NCBI GenBank assembly: GCA_014905635.1
Contig: CM026548.1
Location: 1,364,001-1,428,000 of the forward strand
Length of the DNA: 64,000 nt
Source: Scenedesmus sp. PABB004
Lineage: Eukaryota
Reading direction: 5' to 3'
A program made the position numbers and the translations under genes. Positions 35,490-52,543 of this stretch are shown piece by piece. The notes beneath the pieces are model-generated. The model worked only from the letters and a program-made list of their open reading frames with translations, was not told the DNA's origin and searched no databases. The first letter of the stretch is position 1. Every line of letters begins with the position of its first letter.

Positions 35490-38400
35490 CTCGTCGCGGG
35501 CGCCGCCGCAGGCGCGGCGCGCGCCGCCAGCCTCCCGCGCACGGCCGACGCGGCCGCGCCCCCCCCCCCCCCCCCCCCCCCCCCGCGCGCAGCTGCCGCC
35601 TTGGTTCACCATGGCCAACCCCTTTCAGCTCAACCTGGACGTGCCGGAGCTGTGGAACTTCCTGGACCCCCTCGAGGTGGGTCGACCCCACCACCTCGCC
35701 CCCTGCGGGGCATGGGGCCGCACGCCGGGGCCGTGGGCCACACGCAGCCGCCTGCAGCGCCCCGCCGTGATTGCGTGGCGGTGCTGAGCGTGGCTGCCCC
35801 CGCGCCGCCGCGCCGCCACGAGCAGGCGCAGGTCGTTGGGGCGGCCAGCACCCTGATCGACAACCTCACAGGCATGGTCGACGTGCTGGCCATCGGCAAC
35901 CGCACGCGCGTGGTTGAGCTGAGCTGCAGCAGCCCCCAGATACGGCGCCGCATGAGCGAGACCAACGGCGACACCATCGAGTTCAAGTGCCCCGCCGGTG
36001 CGCCCCCGGCGCGGCAACCCCGCGGGGCAGCAGAGCGCGCCTGCGCGCGCGTCGCGGCGAGCTCGCAAAAGCTAACCCTGCGCCTGCGGTTGGGTCCTAA
36101 CCCTAAACCCCGCGCACACACGCTCCTAAACCCCGCGCTCCCAGGCTGGTACATATACGTTGACAGCTTCACCGTCAGCCAGGCGCCCGACTGCAGCGCC
36201 GACTACTCGGCCTGGCTGCGCACGCCCTGCCCCGCGCCCACGCCGACCTCCACGGGCTGCACCGTCGACTGGACGACGTGCGGCGGCGGCGGCGGCGGCG
36301 CCGCGCGCTGCAGCCGCGGCGGTGCCGCCCACCCAGCGCGCCGCGCCCGCCGCCCTGACGCCGCGCCCACCGCACCGCGCCCTCGCAGCTACAACTGGAA
36401 GTGCCGCGCGGTGGTGCCCGAGCTGCCGCTGGGCATGCAGGCCCGGACGGCGAGCGCGACGTACGACTGCGTGTCGCCCGACGGCCTGGCGAGCTTCAAA
36501 CTTCTGCCCGAGCTGCTGTCGGTGACGACCACGGGCGGCACGGCGCTGCCCAACGTCACGTACAGCGCCGGCAGCCACAGCCTGACTGTGCAGAACCTAG
36601 GCCACTTCCGCTCGGTGAGGGCAGCAGGGGCGCGCGGCGCCGGCCCCGCGGGCCTGCTAGGCTGAGCGAGCGCCGACGGCGTGCCGCCGCCCTCCCATGC
36701 CACGCGCCCCGCGCACCGCCCGCCAAGGTGCTCAACACCAACAAGCCCGGCGCCGGCGCGAGCCTGGACAGCACCGCGCCCACCGGCGAGGCGCGCGCGG
36801 CGCCACCGTACGACGGCTACAGCCGCGGCCGGCTCGCGTTCCCGCTGCTGTTAAACACGCTGCGCACAATGAGTGTCTCGGCGAGCTGCTCAAATGCAGG
36901 TGGGGGCGGGCGGCGCGCGCTGCCGGCGCGCCGCCGCCCGCGGCGCTGTGCCCGGCCGCCTGACGCCCTGCTGCCCCCCGCTGCCTGCCTGCCCAACCTG
37001 CCCGGCCACCAGCCGCCTTTGGCCTGCCCCTGCTGCACATCGAGGGGACGGAGACGGACGCATGCTACGACGCTGGTGGGCCTCTGCAGCTGGCCGGGCG
37101 GCCTGGCGGGATTGCGCGCGCCCGCGCCGCCAGCACCACTGGTGCTCCCTGACGCCCCTCGCCCCCGCTCCCCCCCCCCCTGGGTGCCCGTTCCTCAGCT
37201 GTGTGGATCAACTCACAGGCTCAATGGCCAGCTGCCCCAGTTTTCAACATAGATCAGGCCTGGGGCCGGTATGTCGGTGTCGCGCAGGGAACGGAGATCA
37301 GGGAGGACATGTGCGGCTGGCGCATCCTGGCCAAGCGCGCCTTTGGCGCCGCCGCCGCCGCCGACATGCGGGCGCTCATGCTGGTGCGTGCGCCCCCTGC
37401 ACGCGGCCCGCCCAGCACGCCCGCCACACCCCCCGCTGCACGCCGGCCCACCTCGGCCGCCGCACGGCGCCGAGCAGGGGATGACGCCCAAGCGCCTGGT
37501 GCCCTGGTCCTCGCCGCCCAGCGAGCAGGCGTTCAGGGACTTTTGGCTGACGCGCGGCGTGTGCGAGCACTTCACAGACGGCGCCACGCGCAGCCACTTT
37601 GCGTTTCCCGGGGCGCGGGTCAGCGTGCCCGCCGGTGGGGCCGCCGCGTGCAGGGATGCGGTGATGGGGCCCAGCTGCACCCGCTGGTGGCCGACAAACA
37701 GCCAGCTGGTTGACGACTACTACGTGGTGGAGTGCACCAACGGCAATGCCGACACGCAGCGCGGCGCAACGTGGCCGCTCGTCGGGCCGAGCCAGGTGGG
37801 GTGGCGGGGGCGGCCGGGGGAGGGGGGGGGGCGAGGGCGCTGCACACGCGCGACCGCGCCGCCGCAAGCGCTGTGTTGCTTATGTGCGCTGTGGTCGCAC
37901 GCGCGCACGGCAGGACCCGATGCTCAGCTCCAACGACGCGGCGCTCAAGGTTTGCGGCTCATCGTACCCCAGGGGGCCCTACAGGTGCGAGGCGTCCAGC
38001 TGGCGCGGGAGCAGCGCGGCTGCGGCGCAGCCCCCTCGGCGCCCGTGAGGCACAGCATGAGCGGCCCGTCGGCTGAGCGCCGAGCGCGCCCAGCTGCCAC
38101 CCAGCTGCCAACCCTGGCTGCCCAGTTCAGACCGCACGCGCGCTGGCAGCAGCGCTCGCGCGCACCTGCCACGCTGCAGCGGGTGACTGACTGTGCGCTG
38201 ACCGCTACTTCCGCGCGCCGCGCAGCCCCTACCCGTGCAGGAACGGGGAGCAGCCGGTCAACGCCATCTGGTGCGGGCGGCGCCAGCAGTACGGCGAGGC
38301 GACCTACGGCAGCCACCTGCTCTACAGCTACCCCAGCACCAGCAGCACCACGCTCTTCAACCTGGTGCGACGCCGGCTGCAGACGCGCACCCGCCGCGCG

Positions 38401-41400
38401 GCGCGGTCGCGCGGCCAGGTGCACGGCTCACCGCGCGCCGGCCCCGCCGCGGCGCCGCCGCGCAGCCGTTCCTTGCCGTGAACGAGCAGTGGGCTGCGGA
38501 GTGCAGCCTGGAGTACTGGCGCCAGGCTGAGTACCTCGCGAAGCTGAGGATCGCCAACGCGCACACAAACAGAGGGTCGACGGTGCGCCGCGCCGCTCGC
38601 GCGCGGGGCCGGCCGGGCGCCGCCCGCGCGGGGCCGCCGAGCCCGGCAGCGCGCGAACGTGGGGGCTTTACCCGACCCGGCGCCGGTGCCGCCGCCGCCG
38701 CCGCCGCGTCTGCCCCGCCCGCAGCTCGCCACCGAGTGTGCCGCCAAGATTGCGGCGTGCCACCGCAGCCGCGGCAGCTGCAACCTGTCTGACATCTTCA
38801 ACTGCGCCACAAACCTCGGCGTCGTGCAGTATGCTTGCGTGCCCGAGTCGGCGGCTGACGGCAGCAAGACCGTGAGCCTGGTCTTCCGTGACAGCCTGAG
38901 CTCCGCCACGCGGGAGGTCACCTGCGGCGCCAGCCAGGTGCTGTCCATCGCGTCGGCGGAGCTGGGCGCGCGCCGCAGCATCAGGGACGTGCTGACGGTG
39001 GTCGTGGAGAAGATGTGCCAGCCGGACGGGCGCAAGTGCACCCTCGACGTCACGCACCCAGCCCTCAACGCGAGCGCCGGCGACGCGCTGCAGGTCGTCA
39101 GCGCCTGCGTCTGGTGAGCGCCGCCGCGTGCAGCCGCGCCGTGCCCTGCCCGCCCCGCAGGCCGGCGGCCCCCGCACCGCGCGCTCCCTGCTGCGCCGCC
39201 CTCACTCGCGCCGCTGCCGCGCCGTGCTGCCCGCGCCCGTGCAGCGTGGCGGGCTACGAGCCGGTCCCTGTGGCTGGTGCGTGCAAGCCCTGTGCTGCAG
39301 GCACGTACCGCTCAAACACAGGCGCCGAGTGCACGCTCGCGCCCAAGGGCACCTTTGTCGCAGACGCCGGCGCCGACGCGGCCACGCCCTGCCCGGCGGG
39401 CAGCTTCAAGTGAGCGCGCGTGGCAGGGGCCGGGCGGGCGCGCCCGGCTGCGCGCCTGGGAATGCGCTCCCACCTCAAACCTGCCCGCGCGCCTGCTGCA
39501 GCGACGACGAGGGCCGGTTCGCCTGCAAGCTCTGCCCCGCGGGTGCGGCGCGCTGCCGTGCGTGAGAGCTCGCGCACGCTGCCCACTGTCTGCTGCACTC
39601 GCTCAGCCCCCTCCCCCCCCCCCACACACACACACTGTGCCCGCCGCAGGCACCTTCTCCGCCGCCGTCGGCGCGACCAGCTCCGACACCTGCCAGTCCT
39701 GCACAGCAACGGCGGGCCCGCAGACCTACAGCGACGAGGGCGCGGCGTCGTGCAGCGCCTGCCCGCCGGGAACTGCGCTGCAGGTGCTCGCGACATCGAC
39801 GGAGGGCGACAACTTCACGACCGTCAGCACCGTTTCCTGCCAGCCCTGCAGCCCGGGCTCCTTCAGGCCCGCCGGCGGCGAGCGCTGCACCCTCTGCGAC
39901 GCCGGTGCGTGCCGCCGCGGGCTGGTGCTCGCGCCGCCGTGGTCGCCGGGCCGCCACCAGACCGCGCCCGCGCCGCCCGCGCCCCGCGCCGCCCCCGCCG
40001 CGCGCAGGCACGTTTGCCGCGCTCCGCGGCGCTGCCGCGTGCACGCCGGCGCCCGCCGGCTTCTCGGCGCCCGCGCCCGGCACGATCACTCCGAGCATCT
40101 GCATCAAGGGCACCTGGGCGGCCGCCGGCAAGGTGGCGTGCATGCCGTGCCCCGACGGCAAGACCACCGCCGGCCCGGGCGCGAGCAGCGACGCGACGTG
40201 CTCCCTCGACGTCATCTCCCTCTCCAGCGTCGAGCTGGCAGAGCTCGACCGCCTCGCGAGCGTGAGCGCCGACAGTGGCGGCGCGCGCCGCCGCCTGCAG
40301 GCGGCGGCGTGGGCGGCCGCGCCGCCGGCCGCCCGCCGGCTGCTCGCGGCGCCTGCGTCGTGCGTGGCGCTGGCGGCCAAGCTGGAGCGGCTCGGCCTCG
40401 GCAACGCGACCGACATCCTGGCCGAGGTGCAGCGCCCGTCTGATCTTGCGCTGCGAGCCGGGCGGTGGTTGTGCACGTGCGCGCGCGCAGCGTGCGCAGC
40501 AGCCGCCCCCACGCGCGCGCCGCCCCCGCCCCCGCCAACGCGCGCGCAGGTCGGGAACAGCGTCTGCTCCAACAGCTGGCTCAACTCCCCGGCCTGCGCG
40601 TACGACGGCGGCGACTGCTGCCCGTCCACGTGCCAGCCGGTGTGTGCGCAGGTCAACGGCGCCAGTGCGACCGACCCGCCCGCATACGTCACGCTCTCGC
40701 GCTCGTGCACGAGCTTTGCCTGCAAGGACCCCGCCGCGCGGGGCAGCACCGCGCGGCTCACGCTCCAGTGCGAGGGCGCGCGCCTCGGCGCCAACACGCC
40801 GATGCAGCAGCTCAGCCAGCCGCTGGTCGTGGGGCAGACGGTCAGCGCGGAGGCGGTCGCCCTCAACGTGGCGCAGCCCGAGAGCGTCGGCGACAACGGT
40901 GAGTGGGTGGGTGTGGGGGTTGGTGGGGGGCTGGTCCTTGGTCTGCGATCCCGTCGGCGCGGCCGCTGAGCGCCGTCCGTCCCCGGCCGCGCCGCGCCGC
41001 GCGCAGGCACGCCGGGCGTGTGCGACCCCGCGCGCAACACCGCGGCGCTTGGGTACGACGGCGGCGACTGCTGCGTGCAGAGCTGCGTGCCCAACCCTGC
41101 GGTCGCGACGAGCTGCTCCTCGTTCGGCTGCCTGGACCCTCGCTACAAGGACGCCGCGCCCGGCGCCGAGCCCCCGCCCGACACCGCCGACACGCGCCCG
41201 CCCGTCATCAGCGTGCCCACCGACCTGGTGCTCGCGTGCGGCTCCACGCTGCCGAGCTCCGAGGTGCGCGCCACGTCCCACGGCACCGCGACGCCGCGCC
41301 GCCGCTCGCGCGCCCGCCGCGCGCTGGCCCGCCGTCACGCCGTCTGCGCCGCCCCCGCCCGCCGCAGGGCGCTGCGTACGCGTTCGACGACGTCGACGGC

Positions 41401-42794
41401 GTCATCGCGCTGGGCGCGCCGGCCGTGGCGCCGAGCGACGTTGCGCCCGGCGCCGCCCTGACGTGCAGGCCTGACGTGTACCGCGTGACGCTGACGTGGA
41501 GCGCCCGCGACAAGGCCGGCAACGCCGCGAGCGCGAGCCAGGTCATCGTGGTCAGCGCGCGCCAGGACTGCGCTGGCGTGCCCGCCGCGCCTGCCAACGC
41601 CAGGGCCTACACCTGTGCCACCAACCTCCCCGGCACCGTCTGCAACACGACCTGCGCGGCCGGCTACGCGCTCAAAAACGGTAGCCTCAGCAGCACGTGC
41701 CGGTCGGGCACCTGGAGCGCCGTGGACGGCGTCTGCGCCGTCATGGGTGCGTGCGCGCGCGTGCCCAGCCAGCCCCAGCAGACCCACGCCAGCTACGCGG
41801 GCGCGTCACGCAACCGCCGCACTCTCCCTGCCCCCCCCCCTTCTGCGCCGCCCACGAGCAGACTGTGCTGGCGTCGATCTGCCGGCTGTGCCGGCCAATG
41901 CCAAGCCGCTCGTGTGCAGCAGCTCTTCTGCCGGCACAACGTGCACGGCAGAGTGCTTGGACGGCTACGAAGCATCCGGGAACGACCTGGCCACCGTCTG
42001 CTGGAAGGGTGCCTGGACCTCGATCGTGGGCAAATGCTTGGAGCAGGGTGCGCGCGGCGCCACACGCGCTGGGGCAGGCAACGGCGCCGGCGCGCGCTCG
42101 CCGCCCGCCGCCCACGCTGCGTGCCCCGCCCCGGCCCGCGCCCCAGACTGCCAAAACGCGGTCGTGCCTGTCGTGCAAAACACGACCGGCTTTGACTGCA
42201 CAAAGAGGGCGGTCAACAGCACCTGCGCGTCCACCTGCTCACCGGGCTACGAGCTGGCGTGGGGCAACCTCACCAGCACGTGCGCGCGCGGCGCCTGGTC
42301 TGCCGTGAGCGGCGAGTGCAGGGAGAAGGGTGAGCGCACCGACCTGCGGGCGGCAGCGCCCGCCGGCCCGCGCTCCGCCGGGCGCCCGCCGCTGACTGCA
42401 CTGCTGCCCGCGCATGCGTGCTGTCGCGCGCGCGACGCAGGCTGCGTTGGCCTGCCCAAGCCGTCTGTGACGGACGCCAGCGCGTTCACTTGCAGCGGCG
42501 CCGGCGTCGGCGCCACCTGCAGCGCGACGTGCGACGCGGGCTTTGCGCTCACGTCTGGCACGCTCTCCTCGGTCTGCCGCGAGGGCGCGTGGGGCACGCC
42601 GACGGGCGCGTGCTCGGAGCGCAATTGCAGCACGCAGCCCGACACGCCCGCAAACGCTGCGCCCTTTTCCTGCAGCACGGCGGCACGTAGCACCTGCACG
42701 TCTCGGTGCAGCGACGGAGTGAGTGGGCAGCGGCTTGGCGCGCTGCGCGCGGGCGCACCGCCCGGCCCCGCACGCGCGCCTCCGCCCGCCGCCC

Positions 42795-42827
<33 letters not shown>

Positions 42828-43508
42828 AGTACGTGCTCACCACGGGCGAGCTCACAACGACCTGCTCGCGCGGCAACTGGTCGTATGTCACGGGCGTCTG
42901 CTCCGAGAAGCCCTGCAACGGCAGCTTCGACGCGCCGGCCAACACCGTCGGTTTTGACAAGTGTGGGCTCACCGCGTCCGGCGACACCTGCCGCGGCGCC
43001 TGCGCCGACGGCTTCGGCCTGACCAAGGGCTCGCTGGCGGCGACGTGCGACAAGGGCGTGTGGGGCCGGGTGACCGCCGTGTGCGGGCCCCTGCCCTGCA
43101 CCGTCAACCCCACGGCGCCCGTGGGCGCGCGGGCGTTTGCGTGCAGCCCGCCCGTTGCATCGGGTGCCCCCGCGTGCACCACGACCTGCAGGCCCGGCTG
43201 GGTGCTGGCCTGGGGCGCCCTCGAGTCGTCGTGCGTCCGCGGCGAGTGGTCCGAGGTGACGGGCGTGTGCGGTGAGTGCGGCAGCCCGACACGGCGCGCT
43301 CGTGCGCGCGCGCTGGCGTCGCGCGCCCCGCCGTCAGAGCTGACCTGCCGCTGTCCGCGCCCGCGCCCGCCTTGCAGCCGCCCTGCCGACGGCGCCCGGC
43401 TGCGCCCGCTACTGCAACTGCCCGACGCGCGCGGCCTGCACGTCTGGCACGTCCAAGGGCAAGTGCGGCTGGTCGGTGGCTGCCGGCAAGTGCTTTGAGA
43501 TGCCGTAA
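32886..43508 (+). CDS. Very large secreted Cys-rich mosaic protein: signal peptide, helical region, two SUEL/Gal-lectin-like modules, GCC2/GCC3 (ephrin-receptor-like) repeats, two LNR-like modules, HYR/Ig-like module, seven Sushi/CCP-like modules (many exons; start uncertain)
   Basis: AVALALGAALLAAAAVAPARAQ; EVTCGASQVLSIASAELG..MCQPDGRKCTLDV..LQVVSAC; CKPCAAGTY/CPAGTF repeats; GNSVC..NSPACAYDGGDCC; DTRPPVISVP..WSARDKAGNAASASQVIVV; 7x C..P..C..C...C..GY/F.L..G.L...C..G.W...G.C; TAA at 43506-43508. Confidence 0.75.
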
Positions 43509-43871
43509 CTAGCGCCTCTGGGGGAGGGGCGGGGGTCAAGACCCTGGTGTCAAGTCCTGGGACGGCGCAAACCCTCGCATGGGGCTGGCATCGGCGATCG
43601 TGCCCAACTCGGGGCTGGTCGGCGGCCGCGCTGCACCTTGGCGAGCACGCGCAGCGTGCTACAGCCAGCGCGTGCTACAGCCAACACGTGCCGTTAAAAC
43701 TGTGCAGCTCTTGTTGTTGCAAATCTGCTGGCACAAGTTCAAGTCTGGATCCGCTCTGCACTACGGCTACGGCGGCGCTTCCCTGCCCTCACCTCCATCC
43801 ATCACCTGCTGTGCTCGATCCGTACGGGCCAGCTGCGCCCTAGCCCTGCCAGTCGCGGAGCGTCATCAGAC

Positions 43872-44068
43872 CGTGTCGCGTGTTTCCGGCGGCCCCCCAG
43901 GGGCCGGCGCGGGCGGCGCGGCGCGGCGCCGTGCATTCGCGGCGCGCGCGCCGCCCGCGCTCAGCCGGCGGCCAGGGCGCGCGCGCCGGCGCGCCAGCGG
44001 CGTGCGCGCGCCCCTGGGCCCAGTTGTGGCAGCGTAACTGAGCGAGTGACCGCAGAGCGCTGCTGCCG
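43872..44068 (+). repeat. ~197-bp direct repeat, right copy
   Basis: Matches 31662-31858. Confidence 0.95.
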
Positions 44069-44322
44069 CGAGGTGGCCAGGGGAGGAAGGGCAGCGGCCA
44101 GCGATCGCCGCCCGCCTGCCGCGCGCAGCAGCCGCGCCGCAGCCTGGCGCGCGGGCAGGAGCTTCTCCTGTGCTCGTTGAGCGTTTAGGCGGTGGGCGTG
44201 GGCCGCGGCGGGCAACGTCGCACGCCTTCCCGCGCGCGCGGACGCGGCTCGCCCGTGGTGCCGCGCGGTCGCGTCTCCCCTGGCCAACGCGCCCGACCTC
44301 GCATTGTGCGCCTTCGGCTACG

Positions 44323-48556
<4,234 letters not shown>

Positions 48557-48678
48557 CGAGGGGCTTGCGAGGGGGGTCTGAACTTAAGTTCAGACACGCG
48601 CACGTCGTCGGCAGGCGCCGCCGAGCCAGCCCAGCGCTCCCAGTCCCCGCGCTTCCGTTCTTTTGGCCGCCGCTCAGC

Positions 48679-48931
48679 TCAGCGCAGCTTGCGCGCCTCC
48701 TCCACCGCGTCGGCCAGGCTCGCGCCGCCCGCGACCGCGGTCGCGACCGCGAGCGCGCGCTGCGACAGCTTGGCCGGCGTGCCCGCGCCCGGCAGGCCCA
48801 GGCCGACGAGCGCGCGGCGAATGGACTTGGCGTCCATGGCGTCAACCTGCGACCGCACGCAGCGGCGGCGGCGGCGGCGGCTGCGCCCGCGCGCGGCCAC
48901 GGCGCGCAGGGCGCTGCCCCCGCCAGCGCCA

Positions 48932-49008
<77 letters not shown>

Positions 49009-50673
49009 CCGTCTCACGCGCCTGCGCGGGGCTGTACCACTCTGCGTCGCCCTCGCCCACGACGCCCGCGTCGTCCGGGTCGCGGATGCCCTGCGCAGCA
49101 GGCGCGGCGCGGCGCGCGTCGGCGCGTGGGCTCCGCGCCCGCCCCCCCGCCCGTCTCCGCTGCGCGGCCGTCCCCGCCGCGCACCGCCTCGCGGTCGAGG
49201 CTGGAGGCCTTGCGCGCGAGCGCAAAAATCTCGAGCCGCGCCGCCCGCGCCGCGTCGACGAGCGCCTCGAGCTCCTTGTAGCTCGGCCGGGAGTCAAAGC
49301 CCCCGATGGCCTGCGCGCGCGCGCGAGCGCCAGGGCGGCGGGGGCCGGCGGGGGTCAGCGGGGCAGGGGCAGGGCCGGGCGCCGCGCCGCGGCGCGCGCG
49401 TCGCGGCGGCGCGGCGCGTCGCGTGCCTGGCTGGTGCCGTCGCCGGCGACGACGTGCGCGACCCACTGCCCGCCGTGCACGCGCAGCACGCGCAGCACGG
49501 CGCCGTTGGCGTAGCGCGTGCCGGTCGCGAGGTCGACCGAGCTCGGCGCGCCGATGCGCAGCTCGTACAGCTGGGGAGGGGGCGAGGGGGCGGGGGAGGG
49601 TGCGTGGGGGCGGCGCGGCCGCGCGTTGGGCCAGCGGCGCGCGGGCGGGCTGCCGCGCAGCCCGGGGGGGGGGGGGGGCGAGCGGGGCGACCGCTGACGC
49701 CGCCTGCTGTTGCGTGCGCGGCGAGGGTGGGCCCGCACGCCGCACCTCGTAGGGCTTTTCAAACGTGGCCAGGAACTCCTCGTTTGCCTTGCGCCACGGC
49801 CCGATGCCCAGCTCGCTCACCAGGTTGCCCTCCGTCTTCCACAGCGGGTTGACCACCAGCAGCAGCCCCACCGACGCGTCCTGCGCGCCCCGCCACGCAC
49901 GCGCGCCCGCGGCCGCGCCGGCGCAAGCTGAGCGGCGGCCGGCGCGGCGCGCGGCGGCGGCGCGCCGGCCGGCCGGCGCGGGGCGCGCCCCGTGGCCGCG
50001 CGCGCCGCGCCGCGCCTGCGCGAACGCCTTGATCTGCTTCAGCTTCTCTGCCGTCGGCCAGATGACCGCGAGTGCGTCGGTGCCGTTGGCGCCGGCTGAG
50101 AGCGTGGCGCAGAGGTCGCCGTCGATGCCGCCCTCGTCGATGCGGCGCAGCGACAGCGGCACGTCGCGCCCCAGCACGCCCTTGAGCAGCGCGCGGGTCA
50201 CGCCGACAAGCGTCTCAAACTCCTTCATGTTGCTGCGCGGCGCCCGGGCGCGCGACGCGCGTGGGCCGGCGTGCGGCAGGATTGCCTGCGCACGCGCGCG
50301 GCCGGCCCCCAGCCGCCGTGCGCGCACGACCGACCCCCCGGCCGTCACACCTGCAGGGGTAGTCGGTCGCCTCGGTCGCCACAAAGCTCGCCTCCTTCTC
50401 GTTGACCGGGTTGATCAGCGTCACCAGCGCGCGCCGCGCGCCGCCCGCGCGCGCCGCCGCGACCGCGGCGGCCGCCTGGTCCACCATCTCCTGCAGGCTG
50501 CGCGGCAGCAGCGCCGCGTCGGCGCCCGCCGCCGACCCGGCGCCCGCCGCCGGCGCGGCCGCGCGGCCTGGCCCGCCACCGCCGGCACGCCGCGCCCGCA
50601 GGCGGGGGCACGCGGCGCCGCGGGCGCGAGCGCCCGCCGGCGCTCCGGGGGAGGTGGCGCCCCTGGCCTGCAT
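48679..50673 (-). CDS. Plastid DUF1995-like protein with C-terminal SAP-like motif (multi-exon)
   Basis: LPRSLQEMVDQAAAAV..RRALVTL, LLLVVNPLW, ELGIGPWRK..EFLATFE..YEL, VLRVLR..W, RPSYKELE; VDAMDAKSIRRALVGLGLPGAGTPAKL. Confidence 0.75.
48937..49006 (+). repeat. (GGC)n trinucleotide run in an intron of the DUF1995-like gene
   Basis: Over 20 GGC units read directly. Confidence 0.9.
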
Positions 50674-51059
50674 GTTCGCGGCTCAGGCGGCCGCCGGCGT
50701 GGCACGCCTGCTCCGCGGCGGCGGCGGCGCTGCGAGCGCGCGGCGGAGATGTGCGACACGCGCCCGGCGTCCCGGCGCCGAGCGTGAGACCCGATTAGCC
50801 CACGTGTGAGCGGGTGCGAGCTGCGGATTTGAGCTGTGGGCGCTGCGCGCAAAATGACATACGTGCTGCTGCCGAGGGCTCAAGCGCGTCTTTCTCGAGC
50901 CCCCGCGCCGTCCCCGGCGGGCGCCCCTGACCTTGCCGGCACGCACGCGCTCGCACCGGGCTCCAATTGGCGCGCGCCCGCCACCACTGCACCTCGCGAG
51001 CGCCAGGCGGCCGCAGCAGGCGCGGGCGGAGCCGGCGAGGCGGCGGGACGTGTGCAGCC

Positions 51060-52256
51060 ATGGCCACGTCCGTGAGCAGCTTCTGCGGCAGCCGGTCGGT
51101 GGCCTTCAAGGTGTGGCCGCGCGCATCGCGGCGCCCTGCCGGCGGCCAGGGGCCCCCGCGCGCCCCCCGCGGGGCGCGGGCGTGACTGCAGGCCGCGACG
51201 CAGCCGGGGCGCCGCCGCGCGGCATCGGCGGCGCGGCGCCGGCTGCGGCGGCAGCAGCGGCGGCGGCGTGCGGCGGCGGGCGCCGGCGGCGGCTGCGCGC
51301 CGCGCTGGCGCTGGCGCCCCTGGCGCCGCTGGCAGCGAGAAGGGCAGGAAGCCGAGCGCCCCGGCGCGCCCCCTGGCAGCAGCCGCTGACGCCGCTCTCC
51401 GCGCCGCCGCCGCTGCGCTCCGCAGGCCGGCGCGGGCCTGGCGGGGCGGACCCCCGTCACGCGCGGCGCGACCGCGACGCAGATGCGCAAGCGCGACATC
51501 CACCCAGGCGCGGCGCGGCGCGGCCGGCTGGCGCACGGGCGGCAGCAGGGCTGGCGGCTCGGGGCGGCCGGCGGCCCTGCGCGCGGCAGCGGCCGCGCCT
51601 CACGCTCTGCCCGCCACGCCGCCGCCGGCAGAGTGGTATGGCGAGGCCAAGGTGTTCTGCAACGGCGTCGAGGTGCGCCCGCCCGCCCGCCCGACGGGCG
51701 CCGCCTGCGGCGCAGCGCTGCGCCAGCACCTGCGGCGGCGGGGCAGCTGCGCGCTCGCTCGCTCGGGGCACTCTCCAAGGCCCACGCCGCGCCTGCGCCA
51801 CGCCCGCCCGCAGGTGATGACCGTGGGTGGCACCAAGTCGCAGTACAACGTCGACATCTACAGCGGTGAGCGCCGCCCCGCCGCGCGGCCGCCGCAGCCG
51901 CCACGCCCGTGCGCACAGCCGCTGCCGCGACCCCCGCGGCGGCGCAGCAGCCGCCCCGCGCGCCGCGCCGCCCACTCCTGCGCGCCCCGCGCCCTGCTGC
52001 CCCGCCCCGCCCCCTGCTGCCCCGCCCCGCCCTGCCCGCGCCGCCAGGCAACCACCCGTTCTATCAGGGCAACAGCACCATGATCGTGATGGACGAGGGG
52101 CAGCTCAACAAGTTCAGCAAGCGCTTCTCGGGGCTGGGCGAGTTTGGCGAGGTCGGCGCCGCGGCGAGCGCGTCGGGCCCCGCGACGGACGACGAGACGA
52201 CCAAGAAGATGGCCAAGGCCAAGGCCGCGGGCAAGGCGACCAAGAAGCGGCGCTGA
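51060..52256 (+). CDS. PRPL31: Nucleus-encoded plastid 50S ribosomal protein L31 (multi-exon)
   Basis: Transit peptide [76 protein letters not shown]. Confidence 0.95.
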
Positions 52257-52543
52257 GCGGCGCGCGGGCGGGCGGGCGGGGCTGGGGACGCGCGTGAGCG
52301 AGGGGCGGGGCCGGGTGGGACGCGCGGGCGTCGTAACAGCCTCGCTCGCTCGCTCGCTCGCACGCGTCCGCGTTTGCCCAGAGCGTTGCCCAGCGCAGCG
52401 CCGCGCCCAGCGCTCTGCCGCGCAAAGGGCCCGCGCAGCCGCCGCGCAGCCCTTTGCATCAGAGGGTCGCGCGCGCGCGCCGCCGCCGCGCAGCGCGGGG
52501 CGTCACGCGCGTGTACGCAGCCGCCGAGCAGCAGCGCGGGGGG

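Noticed and set aside
43510..43870. Possible small ORFs after the giant gene stop
   Set aside because: No recognisable motif or consistent splice structure; it could be UTR or decayed sequence.
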